From NCBI RefSeq assembly GCF_009914755.1, contig NC_060943.1: a DNA stretch of 64,000 nucleotides, one strand, 5' to 3'. Numbering within the stretch: position 1 is the stretch's first letter; each line of letters starts with the position of its first letter. Shown piece after piece: positions 29,194-46,437 of the stretch. The DNA comes from the human T2T-CHM13v2.0 reference genome, Homo sapiens. A model generated the notes under the pieces. It ran no database searches. It saw nothing but the letters and a program-made list of their open reading frames with translations, and had not been told where the DNA came from. The translations under genes and the position numbers were made by a program.

Positions 29194-29347
29194 CTGGGTG
29201 GGAGTAAGGGGGTGGTCAGCACCTGCAGAGGGTCCCCCATCCTCAGTAGCATCCCATCTGCCTGCCTGTTGACCACCACAGATCGGAGGGGGCCAGATCG
29301 AATGCACCTCTAGTCTGGCTATGGGGCAGGCAAGCGGTATGTGTTTA

Positions 29348-30410
29348 GTGAATGAATGAGTGAATGTGTGAGCAAGTGGGCAGGTAAAGGAATGCATGAG
29401 TGAGCAAGGGAGTGAGTGAATGAGCAAGAAGTGAATGAATGAGCCAGTGAATGAAGGAGTGATTAAACCAGTAACTGAAACTGAGGCAGGAGGGTCATTT
29501 GAGCCCAGGAGTTCCAAAAGAGCCTGGGTAACATAGCAAGACTTCATCTCTAAAAAACATATAAATGAGTAAGTGAATGAATGGTTAAATGAATAAGGGA
29601 ATGAGTGAGTAAAGGGGTGAATGAGTGGGTGAATTACTGAGTGAGTGAATGGAGAAATCAGCAAGGAAGTGAATGAATGAACAAGAGGGCAAATGAGGAA
29701 ACGAATGAGTGACTGAATAAGTGAGTGAAAGCATGAATGAATGAGCAAAGGAATGAGTGAGTAAATGAATAAATGAGTGATTGAATGGGTGAATGAGCAA
29801 GGAGACAAATGAAGGAACAAATGAATGAGTGAACAAACAAGCAAGTGAATGAATGAGGGAGCAAACGAGTGAATGAGTGAATGAGTAAATGAATGAGTGA
29901 GTGAATGAATGAGCCAGTGAATAAATGAGGTGTGAATGAATGAGGGAGTGATTGAATGAACAAGTGAATGAATGAACAAGCGAAGGAATGAGTGAGCAAA
30001 GGAGTGAATGAGTGAGAGAATTAGCAAGTGAATGAGTGAGGGGGCAAATGAGTGAATGAGTGAATAAGTGAGTAAATGAATAAGTGAGTAAATGAATAAG
30101 TGAGTGAATGAGCAAGTGAATGAATGACGTGTGAATGAATGAGGGAGTTAGTGAATTAATAAGTGAATGAATGAACAAGTGAAGGAATGAGTGAGCCAAG
30201 GAGTGAATGAGTGAGTGAATTGGTAAGTGAATGAATAAGGGAGTAAATGAGTGAGTGAATGAGTGAATGAATGAGAAAATGAGTAAGTGAGTGAGCAAGT
30301 GAATGAATGAGTCAGTAAATGAATAAGTGAATGAGTAAATGAATAAGTGAGTGAGTGAATGAATGAGCAAGAAAATGAGTGAGCAAGTGAATTAATGAGT
30401 GAATGAAGCA
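29348..30410. repeat. Degenerate (GAAT/GAGT)n tract with an embedded Alu fragment (~29480-29560)
   Basis: ~1.06 kb of tgaa/tgag tetramers. Confidence 0.95.
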
Positions 30411-30558
30411 CAGAGGGAGAAAAAGTGAATGGGGGAGAGAGGCAGTGGTTAAGGACAGGATCTCACCCACTGCCTGGGGATGTCTTCCCTGCCCTGCTCT
30501 GCTCCTTCCTGTCCTGGGAGGGGCCTGGGACAGAGCTGGGGAAGGGCTGGCCACTCAC

Positions 30559-30684
30559 CCACACAGTTGATGCCAGTGAAGTCCAGGCTGTAGCCAAAGG
30601 GACACTCACAGCGGAAGGATCCATCGGTGTTGACACAGACGCCGTTAGTGCAGACGCCAGGGTTCTCTGCACACTCATTCACGT
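30559..30684 (-). CDS. FBN3: FBN3 cbEGF exon
   Basis: [42 protein letters not shown]; 126 nt. Confidence 0.95.
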
Positions 30685-30907
30685 CTGCGGATGGCAGGCG
30701 TTGCAGACATGGCTTCTGTCACCACACAATCGCCAGAGCCCTGGCCACACTCAAGGCCCCAAGGGGACAAAAGCCCAAGCCCCAGGCTGGCAGGGTCCAG
30801 GGCCACCCAGGCTCTCAGGGGGAGCCTGAAACTCAGAGACCCAGGCAGTGCGGAGATGGATCTGGGTGGCCCAGAAGGGGCTCTTAGCATGTGGGTGAGG
30901 GGCTCAC

Positions 30908-30973
30908 CTTCTCGGGAGTCATCCGGGCCTGGGACTGCCCCGTGGCCAAAGGGGCAGAGCTCCTGAAAGGCAG
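30908..30973 (-). CDS. FBN3: FBN3 TB6 exon, part 2
   Basis: AAFQELCPFGHGAVPGPDDSRE; 66 nt. Confidence 0.93.
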
Positions 30974-31112
30974 CTGGACGGAGAGGGGGAGGGGAGTCAG
31001 AGTCAGGGCCTAGGTGCAGCCCCCAGGTGTGTGCAGGGAAGGATGAGAGAAGAATGAGAGAGGAAGGTGAGGGCACATCATCCAGGGAGCCTGGACAGGG
31101 GTGGGCACTCAC

Positions 31113-31265
31113 CGCTGCCCTCCTGGGGACACAGTTCGCAGGGGTCTCCCCAGCCCTCCCCAGGCCTCTTACTGCAGCAGCAGCGGGTCTTGGTGGTGTT
31201 GAAAGCTTTGGGCACCGAGCACTTCCCAGCCTCAAAACGGGTGAAGCAGAAACTCTGCCGTGTGT
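31113..31265 (-). CDS. FBN3: FBN3 TB6 exon, part 1
   Basis: [51 protein letters not shown]; 153 nt. Confidence 0.95.
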
Positions 31266-31423
31266 CTGTGGGGTGGGGGCTCCATTACCCTGATTGAAAG
31301 CCACTGGCAGTGCCCACCTGCCCCTGTGACCTCCCGCACCCCAGTCCTGGTGAATGGGTTGTGCTGATCCTGCCAGTGGCCAATCAGAACATGCCATGCC
31401 CCTGGTCATGGTGATTGGTTTGA

Positions 31424-31705
<282 letters not shown>

Positions 31706-32478
31706 TAGGCTGGTCTCAAACTCCTGACCTCAGGTGATCAGCCTGCCTCAGCCTCCCAAAGTGCTGGTATTACAGTCATGAGCCACCGCCCCTGGCCTGC
31801 CCTGGGGTTTTGAGGGGACAGCTGGAATCCCACCCCACTTCATTGCTTTGGGGTGTTCTCATGCCAGGAAGAAAGATCAAACTTGGTGGTTACTCTTGGA
31901 TCAAAAACCCCTTCCTGGAGAGGCAAAACGACTGATTCCAGAAAGCCCGAGGATCCAAACCCCCAATCCTTGGCTCTGGACACCTATCAAGTCCTCACCA
32001 GCAGGCTGGGGTCCCAGCCTCCCAGAACAGCAAATATTCGCTGAGGTGAACTGCATGCTCTGCTCTCACCCTTATTGCCCCTGACCTGTGAGAGAACAGG
32101 CTGGCTCAAGCTGGGTGAGGTTAGCCCACAGTAGACAAGGCTAGCCCAGCTGAAACGGAGCCAGCCCAGAGTAGTCTAGGCTAGCTCAAACTGGACAAAA
32201 CCAGCCCATTGACAGCCTACAGTCATGTGACCAATACAAGGAAAACCTAAATAAGCACACACCTAGCTCAGAATGGACCAGGTTAGCCCTCCATAGACAT
32301 GACCTCTATAGCCAAGAGGTTGCTGGCACTAGGATAACTCTGCTAATGCAAACAGACACCTCTGCCTGGTCAGAGCTCCCAAAGGGTCACACAAGAAACC
32401 ACAGCCCTCTTTTCTGGGCGATCTGACCCTTCCCCGCCCCACTTCCCACCCTCTTCCCTAAGCCCTGTGTGGACTTAC

Positions 32479-32604
32479 CAAAGCAACGGTGCCCATTGTC
32501 AGAGAGGACAAAGCCAGGTGGGCAGAGGCACTGGAAGCTCCCAGGGCTGTTGGTACAGGTGCCAAAGAGGCAGAGGTTGGGCTCCTCTGAGCACTCGTCG
32601 ATAT
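32479..32604 (-). CDS. FBN3: FBN3 cbEGF exon
   Basis: [42 protein letters not shown]; 126 nt. Confidence 0.95.
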
Positions 32605-32813
32605 CTGGAAGGGCAGGGACATGAGCTGGGTGGGGGGCAAGTAGGACCTCCATCAGTGGGGAGAGGACTCAGCTGTGAGAAGGGACAGATGGAGTGCAGG
32701 TCCAGCCAGGGGCTGCAGTGGGGCTGGGGTCCTGAGAGCTCAGTATGAGCTTCAGCACGAGGTGGGCATTGTGTGTGCACGTAGGTCCTTCCCGGAAGGC
32801 ATCTCCAGAGTAA

Positions 32814-34117
<1,304 letters not shown>

Positions 34118-34151
34118 ATTGCACAAAGCTAACTGAGACTGGATATATTTA

Positions 34152-34823
<672 letters not shown>

Positions 34824-35452
34824 TCAGAAGAGGCCAGGCCAGACTGGTCCACGTTAGCTCAGGTTATACAAGGCTAGCCCAGATGGAAGCCTGGATCAGA
34901 GGTATTCAGGCCAGACTGGTTCAGGTTAGCCCAGGCTAGCCCATCTGCTCAAGCCAGACTGGTCCAGGTTAGACCACAGTGAACAAAGCAGCCCATCTGC
35001 TCAGCCCAGGCTGGTCCAGGTTAGCCCACACTCTCTGAGGCTAGTCGAAGTGGATAAATGGACCAAAGGAGATTAGGCCAGACTGGTTAGTCCAGACTGC
35101 ATGAAATCATCTCTATGGGTGATTACACCGGTGAAGCTTAGGCCAGACTGGTCCTTGATCTCCAGTTAGCAAGTGAGGAGCTCTACATTTGGGTGCACTG
35201 AGAAACGGTGAGACCCCACACCCATGTCAATTTATAGGATTCATGAGGAAGCCTGTGGGCACTAGAGACAAAGTCCTGAGTGCAGAGTCCAGAAACAATC
35301 AGAATGACAATAATAGTTTATGAAGCTGTGTTTGACGCTGCGTTAAGTACATCTCCACCTTCATCACAACCCTAGCTGGTATTCCCATTTTATGGATGGA
35401 GAAAGAGAGGCACTCCCTGGCGCCAGAAACGGGAGTGGGGCTGGACACTCAC

Positions 35453-35572
35453 CAATGCAGTGGTCACTCTGCACCTGGAAGCCATGGGGACAGATGCAGC
35501 GGAAGGAGCCCTCGAGGTTCTGGCAAGTGCCTGGTAGGCAGGTTCCTGCAAGGCTGAGGCACTCATTGGTGT
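35453..35572 (-). CDS. FBN3: FBN3 cbEGF exon
   Basis: [40 protein letters not shown]; 120 nt. Confidence 0.95.
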
Positions 35573-36380
35573 CTGTGAAAAGGAGGAAGAAAGGTCCTTG
35601 TGCCAGCCAGGATGCAGGGGGCTCACTTGGGACTGGGACCAACACCTGCAATCACTGTGTGATCACTGAGGGCCCCAGGACAAGCCCTCCCAGTGGCAAT
35701 TCTGGCTCCAGGGCAAGGGCTGAGACTCAGGACGACAGGGACAGCTGGGGAAGGATTATCTGACTCTCGTGGGGTTATAGGTGGGGCAGATGGTGTCCAG
35801 TGGAAAGAGGTAGCAAGATTCCTAATCTGGCACCACCAGCAGATTCCTTCCATGGTATCTATTTAGCGCTTCTACTATTCTTTGCTTCTGGAAAGTTACA
35901 TTTTCAAGACAGCCTCACCCTACACAACAAACCCCATACATAGAAACATAGGTTTGATGTGCTGATTTTATAATTATTTTATTTATTTATTTATTTTGAG
36001 ATAGGATCTTTCCCTGTTGCCCAGGCTGGATGCGGTGGTGTGATCATAGCTCACTGCATCCTCAAACTCCTGGGCTCAAGTGATTCTCCTGCCCCAGCCT
36101 CCTGAGTAGCTAGGACTACAGGCAATAGCCACCACTCCTGGCTAATTTAAATTTCTTTGTAGAGACGAGGACTCACTATGTTGCCCAGGCTAGTCTCAAA
36201 CTCCTGGCCTCAAGCAATCCTTCTGCCTCAGCCTCCCAAAGTGCTGGGTATTTTTTTTTTAAATCTTAAAATAAATGCTTGGGTAGTAAATGGATCTATG
36301 CTCACCCAGAAGTACCAAACTGTGGTGTACATGGAGCAGGGGCTGGCTGAGATGCCTCCGAGCACCATAGGCAGACTCAC

Positions 36381-36509
36381 CCACACAGTTCTTCCCATCA
36401 GCTGTGAGCTCAAAGCCATCCTGGCAGAGGCAGTGGAAGGAACCAGCTGTGTTGAGGCAATGGCCAAATCGGCACACCTGCCCCACCAGGGTAGTACACT
36501 CATCAAAAT
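36381..36509 (-). CDS. FBN3: FBN3 cbEGF exon
   Basis: [43 protein letters not shown]; 129 nt. Confidence 0.95.
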
Positions 36510-36969
36510 CTGTAGAGGGGAGATGGGCAGGCCAGTTCACCCACAAAACTTGAAGGGATCAAACCTTCCTTGTACTTCTGTCCACAACTGAGTTGAGCTG
36601 ACAGCATTGGCTTCAACTTGAGCACTCATGTATAGACTGTGTATATTAGCCTTCTACCTATCTTATGAGGTAGTTGCTGATATTTTCTAATATAACCATG
36701 TAATGCTATGAATTTGCCTCTAAGTGCCCCCTTAGCTGCATCCTATGTATTTTCATATGTTATGCTTTCATTTTCATTTTCTTTTACTTCAAAATATTTT
36801 CTAATTTTCCTTATGATTTATTTGACCTATGGATTATTTAGGAGTATGTTATTTAATTTCTAAATAATCGGGGACTTTCTGGGCATCTTTCTGTGGCCAA
36901 TTTCTAGATTCACTTCCTTAGATTCTGAGAACCTACTTTGTGGCCAGCCTGCCACCTGAGCCGACTCAC

Positions 36970-37086
36970 CCACACAATCCCCATTGTGTGTCACCACAAA
37001 GCCAGGGAAGCAGAGGCACTTGTAGGAGCCAATGATGTTCTTGCAGGTCCCATTTCCACAAGGCTGCCGGTCACACTCGTCAATGT
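36970..37086 (-). CDS. FBN3: FBN3 cbEGF exon
   Basis: [39 protein letters not shown]; 117 nt. Confidence 0.95.
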
Positions 37087-37449
37087 CTGCAGAAGCAAAG
37101 CCGAGAGCCCAACCCAGCTCACCCAGGGCATTGGGGAACTTGGGGAGTGAGAGGCCAGCTGGACCTAGCACTCCTCCCCTGCACCTAGCCCTGCCTAGAT
37201 GACTGGGCAGTGACCCCTGGCGGTGATGGCTGGGAAGTACTCCTGGTGTGATATATCACCCCCATTTTACAGATGGGAAAACTGAGGCACAGGGAGGCAG
37301 ATCAACCATTTACCCAAGATCTTAATCTCAGGACCCAAACTTGGATCTCTTTGTGAACTAGGATGGACAGAAACACCACTTCCATCCCAGGGGAGGTTTA
37401 GACCCCAGGCAGCCTGGCTTGAAAAGGAGGGGGAAGATAAGGGTCTCAC

Positions 37450-37575
37450 CCATGCACAGGGTCTGGTCTGCAGAGGCCTGGAATCCACGGTGACACAGAC
37501 ACATGTAGCTGCCTTCTGTGTCCATGCAGTCACCATGGCTACAGACATTCGGGATCTCCCGACACTCATTCCGTC
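37450..37575 (-). CDS. FBN3: FBN3 cbEGF exon (Gly at first consensus position)
   Basis: [42 protein letters not shown]; 126 nt. Confidence 0.95.
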
Positions 37576-37886
37576 CTGGGGGTGCAGAGAGCATGGTGTT
37601 CCCAGGGCTCCTACCACAGTGTTTGCCTGAGCTCTCCCTACTGCAATGGGGAAGCCAGAATCTGCCTTGAAGTTCCCCACTCAAACTTCCACCAGGGGCG
37701 TCAGGCTGTCTGCATCGACCTGAGCTCTCACCTCTATCACATCCTATTAACAGACACTCTCAATACATCCCCCACCCCCCTAATAGTATAGAAAAGGAGA
37801 AAGACCTGGACAGAGCCATACCCCATCTAAGTCCCCATGGGTGACAGAGCCCAGCTCCCTCACCTCCTCCCAGGGACCCTGCTCAC

Positions 37887-38012
37887 CCACACAAGCCCCG
37901 CCTGGCGACAGTTTGTACCCTCGGGTGCACTTGCAGCGGTAGCTACCGGGGATGTTGATGCAGTCAGCATTCTGCTGGCAGGGACTCTCCCTGCTGCCAC
38001 ACTCATCGACAT
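37887..38012 (-). CDS. FBN3: FBN3 cbEGF exon
   Basis: DVDECGSRESPCQQNADCINIPGSYRCKCTRGYKLSPGGACV; 126 nt. Confidence 0.95.
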
Positions 38013-38294
38013 CTGGGAAAATACAGCAAATGAGGTGGGGGTGACAGAGAAGCCCATCCTGACAGAATCAAACGTGAAACCCAGTCCACTGCTTCGGAGC
38101 AGGTGGTTTCTCTGGAAGCAGCCAGAGCTGGAGTAAGGGTGGTTATATGAGATGGAGGCCCTTGGAAAGGTGTTAGCCCATTATACATACAGGGAAATGG
38201 AGGCTTACAGAGTTTTAGTTACTCGCCCAGATTGCACAGTGGCGGACATGCATCCCACCCAGGCCCCAGGGCTGGGAACAGGGAGAGGTGGCAC

Positions 38295-38420
38295 CTTCAC
38301 AAGCCAGCAGGATGCTGTTGTAGTTGAAGCCTGCGGGGCACTCGCAGCGGAAACTCCCGATCTGGTTTATGCAGATGCCATTGGCACAGATGGCGGGGAT
38401 CTCCCCACACTCATCAATGT
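38295..38420 (-). CDS. FBN3: FBN3 cbEGF exon
   Basis: [42 protein letters not shown]; 126 nt. Confidence 0.95.
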
Positions 38421-38639
38421 CTGCAGAAGGCATCTGCCATCAGGGGCAGCCCAGCCCCCTGGGACTTCCAGCGATGCTGAGCGAAGGGACCCACTAGCCC
38501 TGCAATCTGGTTGAGGCTGTTGTGGCCACAAACCAGCACACACTCAAGAAAATCTTGCTGTGACCAAAATACATCCGCTCACACCAGAAAGAGGTGAGGA
38601 GTGGGAGGAAAGACAAGAGCAGAGAGACTGTGTGTGTTT

Positions 38640-39175
38640 TTCTCAATTAAAAATACACACTTCCTGTGACCCAGCAACCCTGCTGGAAAGAAATGGCCTT
38701 AAGCGTAAGCAGGACAGCGGTATGAGATGCTATTTAGCAAGAAACTGGAAACATCAACTGATGAATGCAGAGCAAAATATGGGATGTCTGTACCATGGAA
38801 TATTCTTCAGCCTTATTAAGGAGTAAAGCCCTGTAACATGTGACAATGTGGTTGAAACCTAAAATCATTCTGCTAAGAGAAGCCAGACATGAAAGAACAA
38901 TATTGCATGACTCCATTTAAAGGAAATGTCCAGAAGTAGCAAATCAATAGAGACAGAAAGTCGATTTGTGGTTGCCAGGGGCAGAAGGGAGGGGCTAAAG
39001 GGAGAGACTGCTAATAGGCACAGGGTTTACTTTTGTGTGATGAAAATGTTTTAAACTTAGATTGAGGCGATGGTTGTGTAACACTGTGAATGCACTCAAA
39101 ACCACTAAATAGGGCACTTTAAATGGGTGAAGTGTGTGGTATGTGAATTATATCTCAATAAAGCTGTTATATATA
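38640..39175 (+). mobile_element. Old L1 (L1MB/MC-like) 3' UTR fragment
   Basis: aactggaaacatca...atagagacagaaagt...gtggttgccagggg...gtatgtgaattatatctcaataaagctgtt. Confidence 0.85.
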
Positions 39176-39955
39176 AACAATCTAAATGTCCATCAGTAGG
39201 GGACTGGAAACCACCTAAGTGTCCATCAAAAGGGGACTTGAAAGAACCTAAGTGTCCATCAATGGGGGACTGAAAACAATATAAGTGTCCATCAGTGGGG
39301 GACTGGAAACAAACTAAGTGTCAATCAATGGGGGACAGGAAACAACCTAAGTGTCAATCAATGGGGGACTGGAAATAACCTAAGTGCCCATCAATAGGGG
39401 ACGGGAAACAACCTAAATAGGCATCAGTGGGGGACTGGAAACAAACTAAGTGTCCATCAGTGGGGGACTGGAAACAAACTAAGTGTCCATCAGTGGGGGA
39501 CTGGGAACAAACTAAGTGTCCATCAGTGGGGGACTGGGAACAAACTAAGTGTCCATCAGTGGGGGACTGGAAACAACCTAAATATCCATCAGTGGGGGAC
39601 TGGAAACATACTAAGTGTCCATCAATGGGGGACTGTGATGAAAATGTTCTTTTTGTGTGATGAAAATGAGTTCTAAACTTATATTGAGGTGATGGTTGCA
39701 TAACTCTGTGAATGTATTCAAAACCACTAAACAGGGCACTTTAAATGGGTGAAGTGTGTGGTATGTGAATTATCTCTCAATAAAACTGTTATAAACAATA
39801 TAAGTGTCCATCCAAAGGGGACTGGAAACAATCCACCTATCTATCAATAGGGGACTGGAAACAATCCAAGTGTCCATCAAAAGGAGATCTGAAACAACCT
39901 AAGTGTCCATCAGTGGGGGACTGGAAATTACCTAAGTTCCCATCACTGGGGGACC
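39175..39955 (+). repeat. 33-bp minisatellite (AAGTGTCCATCAGTGGGGGACTGGAAACAAACT), ~14 + ~5 units
   Basis: Tandem units 39175-39635 and 39800-39955 separated by a duplicated L1 segment. Confidence 0.95.
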
Positions 39956-40238
39956 TGGGATGTATCTGCACCATGAAACACTTTTAGGCAGGGCAAAGAG
40001 AGAGGCTGCACAGCAGATAGTAACCTGGCCGGTTCTTCAAGACACAATTTGGACGAAAAAAGCAAGTTGTAACCAACATGTCAAGCATCACATCATTTAC
40101 GTAAAATGCCCCAGAAACCAATGTCATATATTTTCAGTGGGGGACCTATTATGTAATGAAGGAAGAAAAAACTAGAAAGAAATATTCCAGCCATAAAGCA
40201 TAAGAACGTCCAGAGAGGGAGAAAAGAGACAGAGCTGA

Positions 40239-40493
<255 letters not shown>

Positions 40494-40747
40494 TAGCCAG
40501 GATGGTCTCGATCTCCTGACCTCGTGATCCGCCTGTCTCGGCCTCCCAAAGTGCTGGGATTACAGGTGTGAGCCACCACGCCCGGCCGCCATGGTTTGAT
40601 TTTTTTAAAAAATAAGGAGAATATATTCAGAGGATTAAAACAAATGAAAATGAATTCATCAGTTAAACACTGCATAGTTGACATTTGGGATGCAGGTGTT
40701 AAATTATGCAATACGTTGTTAAAAAGGGAGTATTCTGGCCAGGCTCA

Positions 40748-41084
<337 letters not shown>

Positions 41085-41223
41085 TCATGTTCAGTGAAAT
41101 AAGCCTGACACAAAACAACAAATCCTACGTGGTTCCACTCACAGGAGGTCCCTAGAACCGTCAGATTCACAGAGTCAGAAAGTAGAATGGTGGGTTCCAG
41201 GGACTGAGGGGGATGGGGAGTGA

Positions 41224-41582
<359 letters not shown>

Positions 41583-41908
41583 TGATCCACCCACCTCGGC
41601 CTCCCAAAGTGCTGGGATTACAGGCGTGAGCCACTGTGCATGGCTCGAATGGTAAATTTTATGTTGCATATATTTTACTATCATTTTAAAAAATGGATAA
41701 TGGTTTAATAAAAATAGTGTCATTCTTTTTTTAAAAAGAAGTGTTATTGAGGGCAGGATTCCTGGGGAGTTGGAGGTGTGTGGAGCGAGGAGGAGGGGAG
41801 GATGGAGGAGTGGATGTAAGGAAAAGAGCTGTTGAGGAGGGGAGGGGTGGGAGGAAGCAGACCCAGGTGGATGGGTGCCCAGGGATAGAGCAGGGACCAC
41901 TCACTCAC

Positions 41909-41980
41909 CAAGGGGCTTCCCCGTGTGGATGTCAGTGAGGAATCCCGGGGCCTGATTTCCACACAGGATCTGGTAGTCAG
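41909..41980 (-). CDS. FBN3: FBN3 TB5 exon, part 2
   Basis: PDYQILCGNQAPGFLTDIHTGKPL; 72 nt. Confidence 0.93.
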
Positions 41981-42004
41981 CTGCGCAAAGGGGAACAAAG
42001 CTGA

Positions 42005-42319
<315 letters not shown>

Positions 42320-42596
42320 TAATGTTTTGCAGCAGCTCTGGGGAATGAATACAGCTATAAGCCCCTAGAAGTCCCCTTCCCATCACTGTCCCATTCCTGC
42401 AGCTCCTCCTGGTGCCTGGGCTGGCTGCTAGATCATTCCAACAGGACTCATTCCTGCTGTCAACACACTCTGTTCAGTCCTGCCTCCAGGCCTTGGCTCC
42501 TGCTGTGCCCCTGCCTAGAACGCCTTCCCTCATCCTGACCGATGTTCCCATCAGGGTCCCAATCTTGGCTCTGAGCTTCTCCAGGTCTGCCCCTTC

Positions 42597-42774
42597 CCCA
42601 GCCCAGGAGGTCTATGGTATCTCTAACCAGCTGTGCTTTCCTCCCTGGCCTGGGACATTTACCGACCCCCTCCCACCCTATCCCAGCCCAGGAGGTCTAT
42701 GGTATCTCTAACCAGCGGTGCTTTCCTCCCTGGCCTGGGACATTTACCGACCCCCTCCCACTTTATCCCAGCCC
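42597..42774. repeat. 85-bp tandem duplication (2.1 copies)
   Basis: cccagccc starts at 42597, 42682 and 42767; 3 mismatches between copies. Confidence 0.95.
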
Positions 42775-42911
42775 CAGCTACTCCTGTGAATCTTCAAGGG
42801 CCTTTCCCACCAATGAAAACTCCATTGATCCATCCTGAATTCTCGAAATCTGCAAAATGGAAGAAAAGCTGCCTTGCTCACTTTAAAATATTGCCTTCCA
42901 TACATGGGGAC

Positions 42912-43597
<686 letters not shown>

Positions 43598-43731
43598 GGG
43601 ACAAAACTTCAACTCTCTGGCTCTCATCAGAACAAGGAGGATTAATCTAAGAACCCTAAGGGCACTGTGTTTCCTTAACCATTATGCTAGGAGGGGCCAG
43701 GCTGGGAAGAAGGCTGGGGAGGGTTACTCAC

Positions 43732-43881
43732 GACTGATGGGAGTGGGGCAGGCCTCACAGGGTCTATTCCAGGCCTGGCCAATGTTGTAGGAGCAGCAAC
43801 ACATTTTCCGGGTCACGTTGAAGGCCAGCTCATTTTGACATGTGCCGTTATAGTGCCGGAAGCAGACACTCTTCCTCATAT
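43732..43881 (-). CDS. FBN3: FBN3 TB5 exon, part 1
   Basis: [50 protein letters not shown]; 150 nt. Confidence 0.95.
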
Positions 43882-43985
43882 CTGTAGTTGGCACAAAGGA
43901 GAAGAATGTGGGTAAGGGTCACCTAAATCAGTGGAAGAGGGAGCCAAAGAGATAGGAACTCCTTAACTGATTCATTTGAAGATTA

Positions 43986-44400
<415 letters not shown>

Positions 44401-44570
44401 TCATGGCAGCTCTGGGCTCCTGAGTCCTGCAGCTTTGTTTACTGCCACATGTCAGCACTTCATATATGCTTACCCTCCCTCTCCATAGGCTTGAAGGCTC
44501 CCAGCAGTTCCTCCCATGCCCAGGTGCTGCTTCTGTGACTGCCAGTTCCCTAGGTCATCACGCTTCTTAC

Positions 44571-44696
44571 CCATGCAGTTGTTGCCACCATTGACTTGGA
44601 GGTACTCTGCAGGGCAGACACAGGTGTAGTTCCCCAGGGTGTTGTAGCAGGTGCCAGGGCCACAGATGCCGGAGTGTGTGGAGCATTCGTCAATAT
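44571..44696 (-). CDS. FBN3: FBN3 cbEGF exon
   Basis: [42 protein letters not shown]; 126 nt. Confidence 0.95.
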
Positions 44697-45873
44697 CTGC
44701 AGGGAAAGAAGGGGTGGAGGGGAACAGTGGGCAGCGTCCAGGAATTGTCTGAATAACTCCACTCCAGAGACCCAGCAAGGCCACTTCACCAGGGACCTAA
44801 GTTTGGTTTCAAAATCAGTTTAAAACGCACACACATCTTAGTGATGAAGAAAGCTATAATATGGGCTGGGCATGGTGGCTCATGCCTGTAATCTGAGCAC
44901 TTTGTGATGCTGAGGTGGGAGGATCATTTGAGCCCGGAGTTCGAGACCAGTCTGGGCAACATAGCAAGACCCCATCTCTACTAAAAATTTTAAAAAATTA
45001 GCTGGGCATGGTGGTGCATGCCTGCAGTCCCAGCCACTTGGGAGGATCACTTGAGTCCAGGAGGTTAAGGTTGCAGTGAGCAGTGATCACGCCTCTGCAC
45101 TCCAGCCTGGGTGCAGAATGAGATCCTGGCTCTAAAAAACAAACAAACGAACAAAAACAATATGACATTAAGTGAAAAAAAAAAAAAAAAACATTTACAA
45201 GCTGGATGCAGTGGCTCATGCCTATCATCCCTGCTTTGGGAGGCCAAGGCAGGAGGATCATTTGAGGTCAAGAGTTTGAGACCAGCCTGGGCAACATAGT
45301 GAGGTCCCATCTCTACAAAAAATGAAAATTTAGCTGGGCATGGTGGCACACGCCTGTGGTCCCAGCTACTTGAGAGGCAGAGGTGGGAGGATCACCTGAG
45401 TCCAGGAGGTCAAGACTACAGCAAGCTGTGATTACACCACTGCACTCCAGCCTGGACAACAGAGTGAGACACTGGCTCTAAAAAAAAAAAAAAAAATTCC
45501 TAAAAATAAAGTTGATGATGATACTGCTTCTATTAGGAACAAAATGACCTGAGTTCATGAGTCAGTTTTATAATCACCAAGAAAGGATCATCCATGTCTT
45601 CCTAATATGATATGATAGGAATCAAGGACCTTATGGATAAAGTATTCTTGGGGGAAAAAAATTGATTCTCAATCTGGTCATTACTCTAGTCCAGGGGTAG
45701 TAAGCTTTTTCTGTAAAGGGCCAGAACATTTTGGTTTTGCGGGCCAAACTACAGTGTGCCATGATTATTCAATCTGCCAATGTAGCAAGAAAGCAGACAC
45801 AAACAATATGCAAACACACTGTGGCACTGGCTGTGCTCCAAGGAAATTTTATTTATGGACCCCTGAAATTTGA

Positions 45874-46197
<324 letters not shown>

Positions 46198-46200
46198 TGA

Positions 46201-46437
<237 letters not shown>

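Noticed and set aside
29086-30411. 313-aa and 261-aa His/Ser/Phe-rich ORFs
   Set aside because: Produced by the (TCAT/TCAC)n simple repeat
30681-30710. gtctgc/gcagac inverted repeat over an acceptor
   Set aside because: Only 6-8 bp; expected by chance
39175-39955. CRISPR-like regular array and FQSPTDGHLVC repeat protein
   Set aside because: Head-to-tail units without unique spacers, eukaryotic intron, L1-derived; the ORFs exist because 33 is divisible by 3
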